Source: Sphingomonadaceae bacterium (GTDB lineage: Bacteria; Pseudomonadota; Alphaproteobacteria; Sphingomonadales; Sphingomonadaceae). From it: a DNA stretch of 54,021 bases. Below the pieces are notes generated by a model, which saw only the letters and a list, made by a program, of their open reading frames with translations, did no database searches and was not told the DNA's origin. The stretch is from NCBI GenBank assembly GCA_031426075.1, contig JANPKN010000262.1:1-54021 (forward strand), written 5' to 3'. How positions within the stretch are numbered: position 1 is the first letter of the stretch; every line of letters begins with the position of its first letter. Of the stretch, positions 19,170-29,210 are shown piece by piece. Both the position numbers and the translations under genes were made by a program.

Positions 19170-21647
19170 CTACATCGCAGGTAGCTTCTGTGCCTTTGAT
19201 GCCCAGCCGCGTAGGTTTTTCCAAGTGGCGCGTCTTAGAATCGCATCGATGTCGTGAAGCGAATAGGCAGCGGCGGTTTTCACCTTCGGCAGTTCATCCC
19301 ATTCAATCGGCATCGCAACTGGCGCACCTGCCCGCGCCCTGACGGTCCATGGCTGGACAGCTGTCGCGCCGCGCTGGTTGCGTAGCCAGTCGATGAATAT
19401 CCGACCCTTGCGGTCGGCTTTCCGGATGCTCGCGGTAAAAACGTCGGGCTTGGCTTGGGCCAGAGCGCGCGAGAAACGACTTGCGAAGTCTTTGACGGTA
19501 GGCCAATCGTCTGTGGCATCCAGAGTGACGATTACATGAATGCCTTTGCCGCCGGACAGCATGGCGCTGCTTACTAAACCCATATGCGACAATTCTGTTT
19601 TGATAATCAGAGCCGCCTTTTTCACGGCCTCAAAATCAAGTCCTTCATCGGGGTCCAGATCGAAGATGAGCTTGTCCGGCTTCTCGAAATCCGGAACGCG
19701 TGCGCCCCAACCATGGAATTCGATCGCACCCATCTGCACACAGCCGATGATGCCATCAGCGTTGTCGACAAAGAGGTAATCATCACTTTTGCCGTCCTTG
19801 TCCGCAATGGCAATATGACGCACATCGGGGCCAAAGGTACCCGCATCATGCTTTTGGAAAAAGCATTGCTTTGCCCGCCCTTGGGGGCATCGCACCACGC
19901 TTAAAGGTCGGTCGGCCATGTGGCGCAATATGGCGCCCGACAAAAGCGTGTAATAATCCGCCAATGCCCCCTTCGTAACGCCAGACTCGGGAAAGATGAC
20001 TCTGTCCCTGTTGGTGACATTAACCTGCGACGCTGCCTCTTTCCCAGTTGCGCTGGCCGTCTCCGGCTTGACCTCGCGCGCAGGCTTGTCCTCGCGCAGG
20101 CCAAGGAAGCTTGCGTGCCGCAATACACCGCCGTCTTCTAACGGTACCGTCATTTCGGCGAACGCAATTTCCGCTACCAATTCCGGTTTTATCCAAGTTG
20201 CGCCGCGCGCTGAAGTTTTGGGCACGTTGGCTGGCGCATCGGTGCGAACAAGCGGTTTCATTCTGTCGAGCAGGTCGTTCATCAGCGACGCTGTGAATCC
20301 AGTCCCTGCTTTGCCGACATAATGCAACTCATCGCCGACCCAAGTCCCAAGTAACAGGGATTTAAAACCCCTCGCCTTATCGCTTTTCGTATAGCCGATG
20401 ATGACAAACTCCTGTCGCGAAGTGCATTTGACCTTTAGCCAATTGCGCGTGCGCTTACCGGAGTAAGGCGCGTCCGCCTTTTTGGAGATAATACCCTCGT
20501 AGCCTTGACTACAAAGCGTCTGGAAGAGCTTTTCACCTTGCGCCACATGATCAGCCACAAACAGGGTCTTATTGCCTTCAGCGACCTTTAAAACGTCTTG
20601 TAGCTGCTCTTTGCGTTCCACGTTCGGCATGGCACGGAGCGATTTTCCTTCCAGCTCCAAAAGATCAAATGCGAAGAATGCGAGTTTGCCCGCTTCACCT
20701 TTCAACACCGACTGGAGATGTGAAAAATTGGGGCGGCCATCTTTGTCGAGTGCAACAATTTCGCCGTCAATAAGGCACGGCGGTAAATCCAGTGCGCGGA
20801 CCGCCTCAACAATCTCCGCGAATTTCTCTGACCAGTCTAGTCCGCTTCTCGTGTACGTCCGAACCTCTTGCCCTGCGGCCGCCACGAGGCAACGATAGCC
20901 GTCATATTTCACCTCATGAATCCAGCCCTTGCCCTCAGGAACACTGTCCACCAAGGTGGCGAGTTGTGGTTCGGAAAAGGCAGGCAGCATCGGTTTCGCT
21001 TTTTTCGCAGGTGCGATCGACTTTGCTGGTTTCGCCAGTTTGGTCTTCTTTGGCTTTGACGAAGGTCTTTTGCCCGAAGCGATTTCGCTCATCGACCTTC
21101 CGGTCGTGATACTGGTGAGTTCAGTATCGACAAGAATTTTGTCGCTGCTCGCGGCATCATCGTCGATCTTCCGAAGCAGCCAGTTTTCCGACTTTTCTTT
21201 TCCGCGCGGCTTCATGCGAACGAGTAACCACTCGCCTTTCATACGCTGCCCAAACAGATAGAAGTGCAAATGCCCTTCTTCAATCGTGACTCTGGGGTCT
21301 TTGCCCTCCACGGGCTCCCAATGACCCGTGTCCCACAACATGACTGTGCCGCCGCCGTACTCACCTTTGGCTATGGTTCCTTCGAACTCGGAATAAGAAA
21401 TAGGATGATCTTCTGTGCGAACGGCAAGCCGTTTGTCGTCAGGGTTAAGGCTTGGCCCTCTGGTTACTGCCCAGCTCTTCAAGACACCGTCCAGCTCAAG
21501 CCGGACATCGAAGTGCAACCGCGTCGCTTCATGTTTCTGGACGATGAAAATGCGTCCATCGTTTTTGCCAATTTCACCTTTCGGTTCGGCTGTTATTTCG
21601 AAATTGCGCTTTGCATTATATTTCGAAAGAAGGTTCTCGGTCGCCAT
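19170..21647 (-). CDS. ligD: NHEJ DNA ligase D (phosphoesterase-ligase-polymerase)
   Basis: QKHEATRLHFDVRLE (PE), EVKYDGYR and EGIISK (ligase), RCPQG, FDLDP, SGGKGIH (primase-polymerase). Confidence 0.95.
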   Translation of the reverse strand: MATENLLSKYNAKRNFEITAEPKGEIGKNDGRIFIVQKHEATRLHFDVRLELDGVLKSWAVTRGPSLNPDDKRLAVRTEDHPISYSEFEGTIAKGEYGGGTVMLWDTGHWEPVEGKDPRVTIEEGHLHFYLFGQRMKGEWLLVRMKPRGKEKSENWLLRKIDDDAASSDKILVDTELTSITTGRSMSEIASGKRPSSKPKKTKLAKPAKSIAPAKKAKPMLPAFSEPQLATLVDSVPEGKGWIHEVKYDGYRCLVAAAGQEVRTYTRSGLDWSEKFAEIVEAVRALDLPPCLIDGEIVALDKDGRPNFSHLQSVLKGEAGKLAFFAFDLLELEGKSLRAMPNVERKEQLQDVLKVAEGNKTLFVADHVAQGEKLFQTLCSQGYEGIISKKADAPYSGKRTRNWLKVKCTSRQEFVIIGYTKSDKARGFKSLLLGTWVGDELHYVGKAGTGFTASLMNDLLDRMKPLVRTDAPANVPKTSARGATWIKPELVAEIAFAEMTVPLEDGGVLRHASFLGLREDKPAREVKPETASATGKEAASQVNVTNRDRVIFPESGVTKGALADYYTLLSGAILRHMADRPLSVVRCPQGRAKQCFFQKHDAGTFGPDVRHIAIADKDGKSDDYLFVDNADGIIGCVQMGAIEFHGWGARVPDFEKPDKLIFDLDPDEGLDFEAVKKAALIIKTELSHMGLVSSAMLSGGKGIHVIVTLDATDDWPTVKDFASRFSRALAQAKPDVFTASIRKADRKGRIFIDWLRNQRGATAVQPWTVRARAGAPVAMPIEWDELPKVKTAAAYSLHDIDAILRRATWKNLRGWASKAQKLPAM

Positions 21648-21653
21648 GACGCG

Positions 21654-22538
21654 TTAAGCGCTCTTGCGCGCTGGAGACCGTTTTGCCGCTGGCTTTGCCT
21701 TGGTAGGCGCTGCTTCTTTCACAGGCTTTGCTTTTCGGCTTGAGGTCGTACCCCCCTCACCCAGCGAATTTTTTAGTGCAGCCATGAGGTCAACGACATT
21801 GCCGCCCGCTGGACGTTCGGGCTCGTCTTCAGCTTCGATCTTCCCGCCCTTATTTTTTAGCTTTTTATCGATGAGCAGCTTTAACGCATCGACATAGCGG
21901 TTCTTATATTCGCCAGCGTCAAACTTTCCGCTCTTCTTCTCAATCAGGTCAGTGGCTAGGCTCAACAAATCGCTATCAGGCTTAGCTTTGCCTATGCCAT
22001 GAAAATAGGATGACGCCTTGTGCAGCTCCTCTTCATAACGCAATGTCTCAAGCACCAGACCCGAACCGCAAGGTTTTAGACTAACTATATATTCTCGCCC
22101 CCGCAGGGCCAATTGCCCGATGCCGATCTTGCGGGTTTGCTTCAGCGCCTCACGCAGAACGATAAACGCTTCTTCAGCCAAATCGTCCGAAGGCACGACA
22201 TAATACGGCTTTTCGAAATATATGGGGTCAATGTCGTCTGAATCGACAAACTGCGAAAGGATCAGAGTTTTCTTGCTTTCAAGCTTAACCGCATCAATCT
22301 CTTCTTCATCCAACAGGACATAATTGCCCTTTTTATACTCATAGCCCTTCATGATTTCATCAGCGTCAACTGGGCCAATTCCAGTGACTACCTTGTCGTA
22401 ATGAATGGGTTTGCCCGAAGGTTCGTGAATCTGGCGGAACGCTATGCTCGGCCCACTGCGTGTGGCGGAATAAATCTCAACTGGGATCGACACGAGAGCG
22501 AGCCTGATTTGCCCCTGCCAATAAGGTCTAGCTGCCAT
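21654..22538 (-). CDS. ku: NHEJ Ku protein
   Basis: RPYWQGQIRLALVSIPV, YFEKPYY, NVVDLMAALKNSL, basic tail; upstream of ligD. Confidence 0.95.
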   Translation of the reverse strand: MAARPYWQGQIRLALVSIPVEIYSATRSGPSIAFRQIHEPSGKPIHYDKVVTGIGPVDADEIMKGYEYKKGNYVLLDEEEIDAVKLESKKTLILSQFVDSDDIDPIYFEKPYYVVPSDDLAEEAFIVLREALKQTRKIGIGQLALRGREYIVSLKPCGSGLVLETLRYEEELHKASSYFHGIGKAKPDSDLLSLATDLIEKKSGKFDAGEYKNRYVDALKLLIDKKLKNKGGKIEAEDEPERPAGGNVVDLMAALKNSLGEGGTTSSRKAKPVKEAAPTKAKPAAKRSPARKSA

Positions 22539-22603
22539 GTGAAAAACGCGCCTTCCATATCATCATAATTACGCAGAATTTCCTTTAAGGACCTACTGGC
22601 CAA

Positions 22604-22628
22604 AATGATTAGAACGTTAGAAGGTTCC
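22604..22628 (-). promoter_or_regulatory. Sigma-EcfG (SigT/RpoE2)-type promoter for ku-ligD
   Basis: Minus strand GGAAC-N16-CATT, about 65 nt upstream of ku ATG. Confidence 0.65.
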
Positions 22629-22956
22629 GTTTGCGCGAATTTGCCAGCCAGTATTCAGCGGATTGATAATGTCTCAGGCGCATCGATGCTGCGATCATTC
22701 GGAACAAAACCTCGCGCCAACCGCTATCGCGAAGAGCAAATGCCGTATCACCCCGATCTGAAATGACTAATCGGCCTTATTGGAGAACGAAATCCTGGAT
22801 TTGACGATGCGACCGCGGGACCAAAAATGCTTTTGCATCCGAATGCTGGAAAAAATGGTTGGCAGCCGAATTCTGCGGTAATTTAGAAATTATCTTTGAC
22901 CCAAATGGACTTATATTCCGCCGGACGGCGCAAATACCCGAAAGTGACGATTAAAC

Positions 22957-23316
22957 ATGCTTCAAGGAAAACGCATATTGCTGGTGGAGGACGAAGTCGT
23001 CATTGCGATGATGCTTGAGGACATGGTGATCAAGCTTGAAGGTGTAGCCATCGGCCCGGCGACGAACGTGCAGTCCGGAATAGATATGGCGCGCGTTGAG
23101 GCGATTGACGCGGCAGTGCTTGACGTCAATTTGGGCGATGGAACCAGCGGCGAAATCGCTAATATTCTTGCTGACCGAAAGATTCCGTTTATCTTGGCAA
23201 CCGGCTATGGTGCCGCAACGGCAAATACGCATTGTGCGCCAGTTTTGCAGAAGCCTTATATGCTGCGCGACCTTGAACAGGCATTCTCGCAGATATTCTC
23301 CATCGCAAATCCTTGA
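22957..23316 (+). CDS. Single-domain response regulator, SdrG/MrrA-like (FATGUY type)
   Basis: VEDE, LDVNL, PFILATGYG, LQKP; no output domain. Confidence 0.85.
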   Translation: MLQGKRILLVEDEVVIAMMLEDMVIKLEGVAIGPATNVQSGIDMARVEAIDAAVLDVNLGDGTSGEIANILADRKIPFILATGYGAATANTHCAPVLQKPYMLRDLEQAFSQIFSIANP

Positions 23317-23321
23317 CCCAA

Positions 23322-24233
23322 TTAACGCAAAATCGGTTCATGCTTAGATTTGTCGTTCCGGATCGCGACCGCGGCAACGCCCCCTTCCCCCATGGCATGG
23401 CTGATCTGGTCGAGCCCTAACACGACATCTCCCGCCGCATACATACCCGGCACTGACGTCCGTTGATGCGAGTCAACCACGATGGCCCCGGAATCGCTGC
23501 AATTCACACCCGCCATTTGAGCCAGCATATTGTTTACGTCGGAACCGAGTGCGGGATATACGCTTTCGAACGACACCAGCGCATCATTAACGCGTAATGT
23601 TATGCCATCATCGTCCATGCCGTCGACCACCGCCGGACCGTTCATACATTCAATGCCATATTTCTTGGCTTTTTCGAATCCTGTCTCATTCAGGTCATGC
23701 ACGCCATCGGGGCATATGAGCGTTATCCGATCTGTAAAACCGCGCAAAAAAATCGCCTCGGCCAGTCCTTTTTCGCCTGTTCCAATCACTGCGATATTCT
23801 TGTCAGTGACTTCAAATCCATCGCATACCGGACAATATCTTAACCGCCCTTCTCGCAATGCACGGGCATGTAGTTCTTCGTCAATCGCCGGTCGGCGGTT
23901 GACGACGCCTGTTGCCATTAAGATCGTCGACGTTTCGATTTGGCCGTGGCCATATTCAATAAGGAAAGGCCCGCTATCGCCATCACGCGTAATCCGCGAC
24001 ACGCGGCCTTGGATGCATTTTGTGCCATATTTGACTGCCTGATTGCGCATTCGGTTCAGCAACTCCGCGCCAGCTATCCCATCGGGAAAGCCGGCGTGGT
24101 TATGGGTTTCCGAAATCCACAAGGCTCGGCTTTTGCCGGCATCTATTACCACTATGTCTAAGTGAAACCGCGCGAGATAAATTGCGGCCGTCAGGCCTGC
24201 TGGCCCCCCGCCAATGATGACGCAATCGCGCAC
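23322..24233 (-). CDS. Thioredoxin reductase-like NAD(P)/FAD oxidoreductase
   Basis: [23 protein letters not shown]; start GTG 24233 or TTG 24248. Confidence 0.85.
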   Translation of the reverse strand: MRDCVIIGGGPAGLTAAIYLARFHLDIVVIDAGKSRALWISETHNHAGFPDGIAGAELLNRMRNQAVKYGTKCIQGRVSRITRDGDSGPFLIEYGHGQIETSTILMATGVVNRRPAIDEELHARALREGRLRYCPVCDGFEVTDKNIAVIGTGEKGLAEAIFLRGFTDRITLICPDGVHDLNETGFEKAKKYGIECMNGPAVVDGMDDDGITLRVNDALVSFESVYPALGSDVNNMLAQMAGVNCSDSGAIVVDSHQRTSVPGMYAAGDVVLGLDQISHAMGEGGVAAVAIRNDKSKHEPILR

Positions 24234-24265
24234 AATTGATCCCTTCAAAGCCTTCTCGACGTAAA

Positions 24266-24290
24266 AACTGCGCGCCCTGCGGAACGTTCC
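24266..24290 (-). promoter_or_regulatory. Sigma-EcfG-type promoter for the oxidoreductase
   Basis: Minus strand GGAAC-N16-AGTT, about 33 nt upstream of GTG 24233. Confidence 0.6.
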
Positions 24291-24363
24291 ATATGCGGTA
24301 TGCGCAATCTGACAGGGACAAGCTTCCTTTCATCGCAAGTATCAAACGCTTTCCCAAGATATC

Positions 24364-24388
24364 GGAACCAGCATCAGAATTGCGTGTT
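24364..24388 (+). promoter_or_regulatory. Sigma-EcfG-type promoter for the hemerythrin gene
   Basis: GGAAC-N16-TGTT, 29 nt upstream of ATG 24418 (GGAG RBS in between). Confidence 0.65.
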
Positions 24389-24417
24389 GTTCAGCATATG
24401 GAAAATGGAGATGCGCG

Positions 24418-24987
24418 ATGGAACATAAATCAAAAAACGGTAATGGGACGACGACGTCGAAAGTTGTGACTGCTGCGGTTGGCGGACTCGTGGTCGGCCT
24501 GATGGCAAATGTTGGCCGCAAGGTGGTAATGCAATTGATGGAATCCACCCATGGCGAATGGGACGAAATGCTAAAAGCCGAGCATGACGCCACGCTTTTG
24601 ATCTTTGACAAGTTGCAGGAAACGGGACCGGACAACACTGCGAAGCGGACGATGTTGCTGATGCAACTCAAACACGCGCTTACCAAACATGCATTGGAGG
24701 AGGAAAATGTGATTTACCCTACTATGCGTGAAAATGGCCTGACCGAGGAAGCTGATGAACTCAACAATGACCACGGTTATGTAAAACAGTTCCTTTTTGA
24801 ACTTGGCAATATGGAGCCGTCTGATCAGGCGTGGGGCACCAAGGTCGCTGATTTCCGCCGGCAGATTGAGCCGCATATGCGCGAAGAAGAGAACACGCTT
24901 TTTCCCAAACTGCGCGAGAAGTTGAGCGATGAAGCCAATGCGGCAATGACCGCAGCGTTGAATAAAGAAGGGGTGATGGCGGCATGA
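24418..24987 (+). CDS. Hemerythrin/HHE domain protein with N-terminal hydrophobic helix
   Basis: EH...HALEEENVIYP...DH...HMREEENTLFP. Confidence 0.85.
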   Translation: MEHKSKNGNGTTTSKVVTAAVGGLVVGLMANVGRKVVMQLMESTHGEWDEMLKAEHDATLLIFDKLQETGPDNTAKRTMLLMQLKHALTKHALEEENVIYPTMRENGLTEEADELNNDHGYVKQFLFELGNMEPSDQAWGTKVADFRRQIEPHMREEENTLFPKLREKLSDEANAAMTAALNKEGVMAA

Positions 24988-25097
24988 GCCATGATTCAAC
25001 CCCTTTAGAGCAGGCGCAACAAGTCACCGAAACGGATCACGGTCCTTTCGATGACGCACGGCCAGACAACATTTTGGACGATCCACGCGCCAACTGA
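24984..25097 (+). CDS. Small acidic hypothetical protein (37 aa; not in ORF track)
   Basis: ATGA-coupled to the hemerythrin stop: MSHDSTPLEQAQQVTETDHGPFDDARPDNILDDPRAN. Confidence 0.45.
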   Translation: MSHDSTPLEQAQQVTETDHGPFDDARPDNILDDPRAN

Positions 25098-25299
25098 AGC
25101 CTCCCGCAGGCCAATAATGAAGATAGAGAGAATGTCTCAACAGTGACGGCTGAGGAGTAGCCCGTTTCTGATCGGGCGTTTGCACAGCCGGAATAAAGTC
25201 GGAAAACGATTTCCAAGGCGCCGAATATGAAAGTTACTGGAATAAGGCTGGCCATTATGTAACGTATTGCCTCCGGTTTCTTCCGGGGTGGGATGTGGC

Positions 25300-27252
25300 A
25301 TGGCTGGTGAAGGCGTCTCGGGCAAAACTGTTCTATCCGCGGCGGCGATTTATGCTGTCTGTCTAATTGCGGCAGCTATCACTGAACTTTTGTGGACCAT
25401 ACCGGGCACCAGTATTTCCATTTGGTTACCCGCTGGAATTTTACTTGCCGCAGCTTTGGCTTCTCCAATTGTGAAGTGGCCCTTATGGGCATGCGCGGCA
25501 ATTGCGGCTGAAATGACCGGAAACTTGATTTGGTACCAGCATGAACTTGGTCCAGCATTGTTATTGGCGTTGGGTAACAGCCTTGCCGTCATAGCCGGTG
25601 CGCTAACTATCCGAAAATTTGTCAGTCCGCCTTATTTCCTGACGAATATTCGGGATACCGCGATTGTCATCACAATCGCTGGACTCGCCATGCCATTGTT
25701 GAGCGCTACGACTGGCAGCATTGGTCTTGGTTGGTCATATGGGCAAGACTGGACCAATTACTGGGTCCGTATTTATCTGGGGGACGCAACAGGGGCAATT
25801 ATCGCAGCACCTGTCGGGTTGTTGGTGCTGAAATCTGCGGCACGCCCCTTGCGCGTGTCATCAAGCCGGATGCGTGAGGCAAGTGCGCTCGTCTTCATTT
25901 TTGGCGCAATGGCTGCGATATCGCTTGGCGGCATTGCTCCATTTGCGTATTTGATGATCCCGCCATTATTGTGGGCATCGCTTAGCTTTCGCATACCCGG
26001 CGCAGTTGTAGCAATTGTCGCCATAACCCTGTTTGCCGCGTTATTCACGCTAGCAGGCCTGGGTCCCTTTGCACGTCCAATGATGTATATGGCGTATCAG
26101 AATGAGGCGCTTCAGCTATTCCTCATCGTGGTGGCTACCACCGGATTGTTGATCGGCGCTTTGGCGGAGGAAAATCGGCGTGGTATTCGAGACCTATACG
26201 CCCTCAACCAAACATTAGAAGATCGTGTTGCCGAACGTTCGGCGAGCCTGGCCGCTACGGAAACCCAAGCGAAGGAGACTGCAAATCTGCTTTCAGCAAT
26301 AAGCGAGGCTTGCCCTGACCAAATTTATGCCAAAGATCTCGAATTCCGGACAATTTACGCGAATGCCGCGGCCTTACAAATTGTGAATGCCAAGAGCTTG
26401 GATGAACTTCGGGCCAAAGGCGAAGAGCGTCTGTTTACTAGGCCCGAAGACTTCAAAACTATTCGCGCAAATGACCAAAAGGTACTCAAGACCCGCAAGA
26501 CACTTGTTGCCGAAGAAGTCATCACCAACCCCAGTGGGGTCCGCAGGGTGTATCGCACAACAAAGTCGCCCTTGTTCGACAGCGAAGGAAATCTTGCTGG
26601 CCTCGCTGGTGTATCCATCGACATATCCGACATTATTAAAAGCCAAGCACGCGAGAAAATGCTTGTCCGCGAGGTTGAACACCGTGCACGCAATCTGCTC
26701 GCGGTCGTTCAGGGCATCATTGCGCTCTCGCGCGCCGACACCGTGGCGGAATTGAAAGACGGCCTTTCGAAACGCATTCGGGCACTTGCGCATACCAATG
26801 GCGCAATTGCTGCCGCCGATTGGGAAGGCGCCGATCTCGTTGACATACTTGAGACGGAACTGGCGCCATATCGCAACAATGATGGGTCTAATGTGTTGCT
26901 GGATGGTGCGTCCGTCATCCTCGAACCTGCAACGGCACAATCACTAACGCTTATTATCCATGAGCTGTCGACCAATGCGGCGAAATATGGCTGTCTGTCG
27001 GCAGCGAGCGGTCAACTGGATGTAAACTGGACCGTAAGTCCGGATGAAGGGCCGAACAGACTTTTGAAGCTTTCATGGTCAGAAAAAGGCGGCCCATCTG
27101 TAGCCCCGCCAGAGCGGAAGGGATTTGGGACCACCGTCATCGGGGTATTCGGACAAGAACGCGCCGGTAGCAAAGTCGATTTTTCTTGGATGCCCGAGGG
27201 GCTGTGCGTTACACTTTTAGTGCCCTTGCTACCTGCAAAAACGCAAATTTAA
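25300..27252 (+). CDS. MASE1-PAS-HWE sensor histidine kinase
   Basis: Multi-TM MASE1 (IWLPAGI, LGDATG), PAS (IYAKD..YAN..KSPL), EVEHRARN, HELSTNAAKYG, WSEKGGP. Confidence 0.88.
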   Translation: MAGEGVSGKTVLSAAAIYAVCLIAAAITELLWTIPGTSISIWLPAGILLAAALASPIVKWPLWACAAIAAEMTGNLIWYQHELGPALLLALGNSLAVIAGALTIRKFVSPPYFLTNIRDTAIVITIAGLAMPLLSATTGSIGLGWSYGQDWTNYWVRIYLGDATGAIIAAPVGLLVLKSAARPLRVSSSRMREASALVFIFGAMAAISLGGIAPFAYLMIPPLLWASLSFRIPGAVVAIVAITLFAALFTLAGLGPFARPMMYMAYQNEALQLFLIVVATTGLLIGALAEENRRGIRDLYALNQTLEDRVAERSASLAATETQAKETANLLSAISEACPDQIYAKDLEFRTIYANAAALQIVNAKSLDELRAKGEERLFTRPEDFKTIRANDQKVLKTRKTLVAEEVITNPSGVRRVYRTTKSPLFDSEGNLAGLAGVSIDISDIIKSQAREKMLVREVEHRARNLLAVVQGIIALSRADTVAELKDGLSKRIRALAHTNGAIAAADWEGADLVDILETELAPYRNNDGSNVLLDGASVILEPATAQSLTLIIHELSTNAAKYGCLSAASGQLDVNWTVSPDEGPNRLLKLSWSEKGGPSVAPPERKGFGTTVIGVFGQERAGSKVDFSWMPEGLCVTLLVPLLPAKTQI

Positions 27253-27265
27253 GCGTACGGAAGCT

Positions 27266-28024
27266 TTAAACAATCAACGCAATTGAAAACGCAGCAGCGC
27301 CTAGGAATGAGCCAAACGGCAACTGAAGCGCGCTCTTTTTCGTGCGCGCATAGGTGATCGCAATAAAAACAAATCCCACAATGCATGCCAAGAGCAACGT
27401 CATGGGAAGTGCTTGCCATCCCAACCAAATACCAATCCCCGCGAATAATTTGGGATCCCCCCCACCCATGCCTTCGGTGTTGCGCAACTTGCGAAAGGCC
27501 TGACGAACGATCTCCAACGAGAGAAAACCGAAAATTACACCGCAAGCGCGGTCGAGCCACGTGACGTCGGGCGTGAGGAAGGGCCCCACCAGAAGACCAG
27601 CCAGCGCCAACGCCAAAACCAAACGATTTGGCAGCCATAATCTAAGATAATCGAGGATGACGAGCGGCAGCAGTAGCCATCCGAAAATCGCGGCCGATAA
27701 AGCCTGCCCGGGATTGAGCGTCAAAAGGGCAACAAGCCCAATGGCAGCGGAAGCAAGCTCGATAAAAATCGCCGCTGCCCCGATAGGGTGCGCGCAATAT
27801 CTGCATTTGCCTCGAAGCCACAGATAGGACAGGATCGGCACAAGATCGCTCATGCCCAGTTTTGCATAGCACTGGTCACAATGCGACCGGCCATCCGAAA
27901 CACTTTCCCCGCGTGGCCAACGGCTACATAAGGCAGCGACAAAGCTACCCCAGATTGCGCCCAGAACAACAATCAAACCCAGTTGATACCAGACAGGCAG
28001 GGCGACCAGGATATCGCCCAGCAA
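27266..28024 (-). CDS. gspO: Prepilin peptidase (A24)
   Basis: GSF, RSHCDQC...GKCRYC, GMGGGDPKL, PFGSFL; last gene of the gsp cluster. Confidence 0.9.
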   Translation of the reverse strand: MLGDILVALPVWYQLGLIVVLGAIWGSFVAALCSRWPRGESVSDGRSHCDQCYAKLGMSDLVPILSYLWLRGKCRYCAHPIGAAAIFIELASAAIGLVALLTLNPGQALSAAIFGWLLLPLVILDYLRLWLPNRLVLALALAGLLVGPFLTPDVTWLDRACGVIFGFLSLEIVRQAFRKLRNTEGMGGGDPKLFAGIGIWLGWQALPMTLLLACIVGFVFIAITYARTKKSALQLPFGSFLGAAAFSIALIV

Positions 28025-28038
28025 CGCCGAGGGCTTGC

Positions 28039-28734
28039 TCAGAACCGGCCCTTCTGCACCAGGCGGTAGCCCCCAGCTACCGGACGGAACCCGGCAAGAT
28101 TCAAAACGGCTGCCTGGTCGCCGCGATTGGCGTCCAGCGTGACGGTCACGGTATAAGATCCATCGGCAGACAAACGGATATCGGCGCGTTCCATGGCGGA
28201 TTGGCTAGCCAAGGGTAGCAACAGCCTTGCCCCATCGCAGCGCGGCTGGCCAAGCATGCCATTTTGCAAATTCAGCCCCGGCACCGTGTCCGAAAGCGTC
28301 AGCCGGACTTGCCCGCCTGCGTCCATGCATCTGCCGGAAGCAAAGCGCGCGGAGAAGCCCTCAAACTGTATATTTTCCGCCGGAAATGGTGCGAATAGCG
28401 ATCCGATGGGCAATGTCGCCGACAAATTGTTGACCGACATACCGCCAATGCCGCGCGATACGGACCCGTTGATACCGGGCACAAACTGCGTATTTCCGCG
28501 TGACAGCAATATTTCTGCACGGCCAAGAAATAGCGGCCAAAATCGCAAACGGGCGTTGACGTCACCCACTGGCAATTTGCCAAGGCTGAGGTCGCGGATA
28601 GACCCATCCCAAATGATACCGTCAACTTTGCGCGCAGTCACTCCAGTCCCGCCGACTATCGTTCGCAAGGGCATGAAAATGATAGCCGCCAAAGCCAGTG
28701 TCGCAACCGAAGCAAGGATATAGCGTCGTTTCAC
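28039..28734 (-). CDS. gspN: Type II secretion protein N
   Basis: N-terminal TM, GIIWDG motif, position after gspM. Confidence 0.8.
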   Translation of the reverse strand: MKRRYILASVATLALAAIIFMPLRTIVGGTGVTARKVDGIIWDGSIRDLSLGKLPVGDVNARLRFWPLFLGRAEILLSRGNTQFVPGINGSVSRGIGGMSVNNLSATLPIGSLFAPFPAENIQFEGFSARFASGRCMDAGGQVRLTLSDTVPGLNLQNGMLGQPRCDGARLLLPLASQSAMERADIRLSADGSYTVTVTLDANRGDQAAVLNLAGFRPVAGGYRLVQKGRF

Positions 28735-29210
28735 TGGGCCCCCATCTGCAATTGCGCATCGACGGATACCGTGCCGTTGGCGCCGGGTCGCAAGGCGACA
28801 CCGCGCACCTCGATATTCTGTGCCTCAAGCTCAGTAAGCCACGCGAGCAAGGCTGGCGCACGAGCTTGGTCGATGCGTATGCTGATTTGTCCCGGCGCAG
28901 AGTTGGCCGATTTGATGAGATCGAAACCCTTTTCGGCGGCCGCTTGCGTAACTAGCAAATCAATGTCGACCGAAGCGGCGGAACGGGGGCCAGTTTGCTG
29001 CTTTTGTGCAGCATCAACAGTCGCGACAATGCGCCCGCGCCGTTGGACGGCTTCGTCATGATCCTCCCTTGCTTGGTCAATCGTCGAAAGGGTGGGTAAA
29101 AGAATGCCGAAAATCGTCACAACCAAAGCGGTCAGTCCGCCAGCAATACCCACAAGCCACTGCTCGCGTTTTGTCAGGGCAGCAAACCATAAACGCAATG
29201 CAGCAATCAT
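28731..29210 (-). CDS. gspM: Type II secretion protein M
   Basis: WFAALTKREQWLV then TM, LLAWLTELE. Confidence 0.85.
   Translation of the reverse strand: MIAALRLWFAALTKREQWLVGIAGGLTALVVTIFGILLPTLSTIDQAREDHDEAVQRRGRIVATVDAAQKQQTGPRSAASVDIDLLVTQAAAEKGFDLIKSANSAPGQISIRIDQARAPALLAWLTELEAQNIEVRGVALRPGANGTVSVDAQLQMGAQ

Noticed and set aside
22763-22804. Mini-ORF MTNRPYWRTKSWI resembling the Ku N-terminus (MAARPYW)
   Set aside because: Only four identical consecutive residues and no further similarity; compatible with chance
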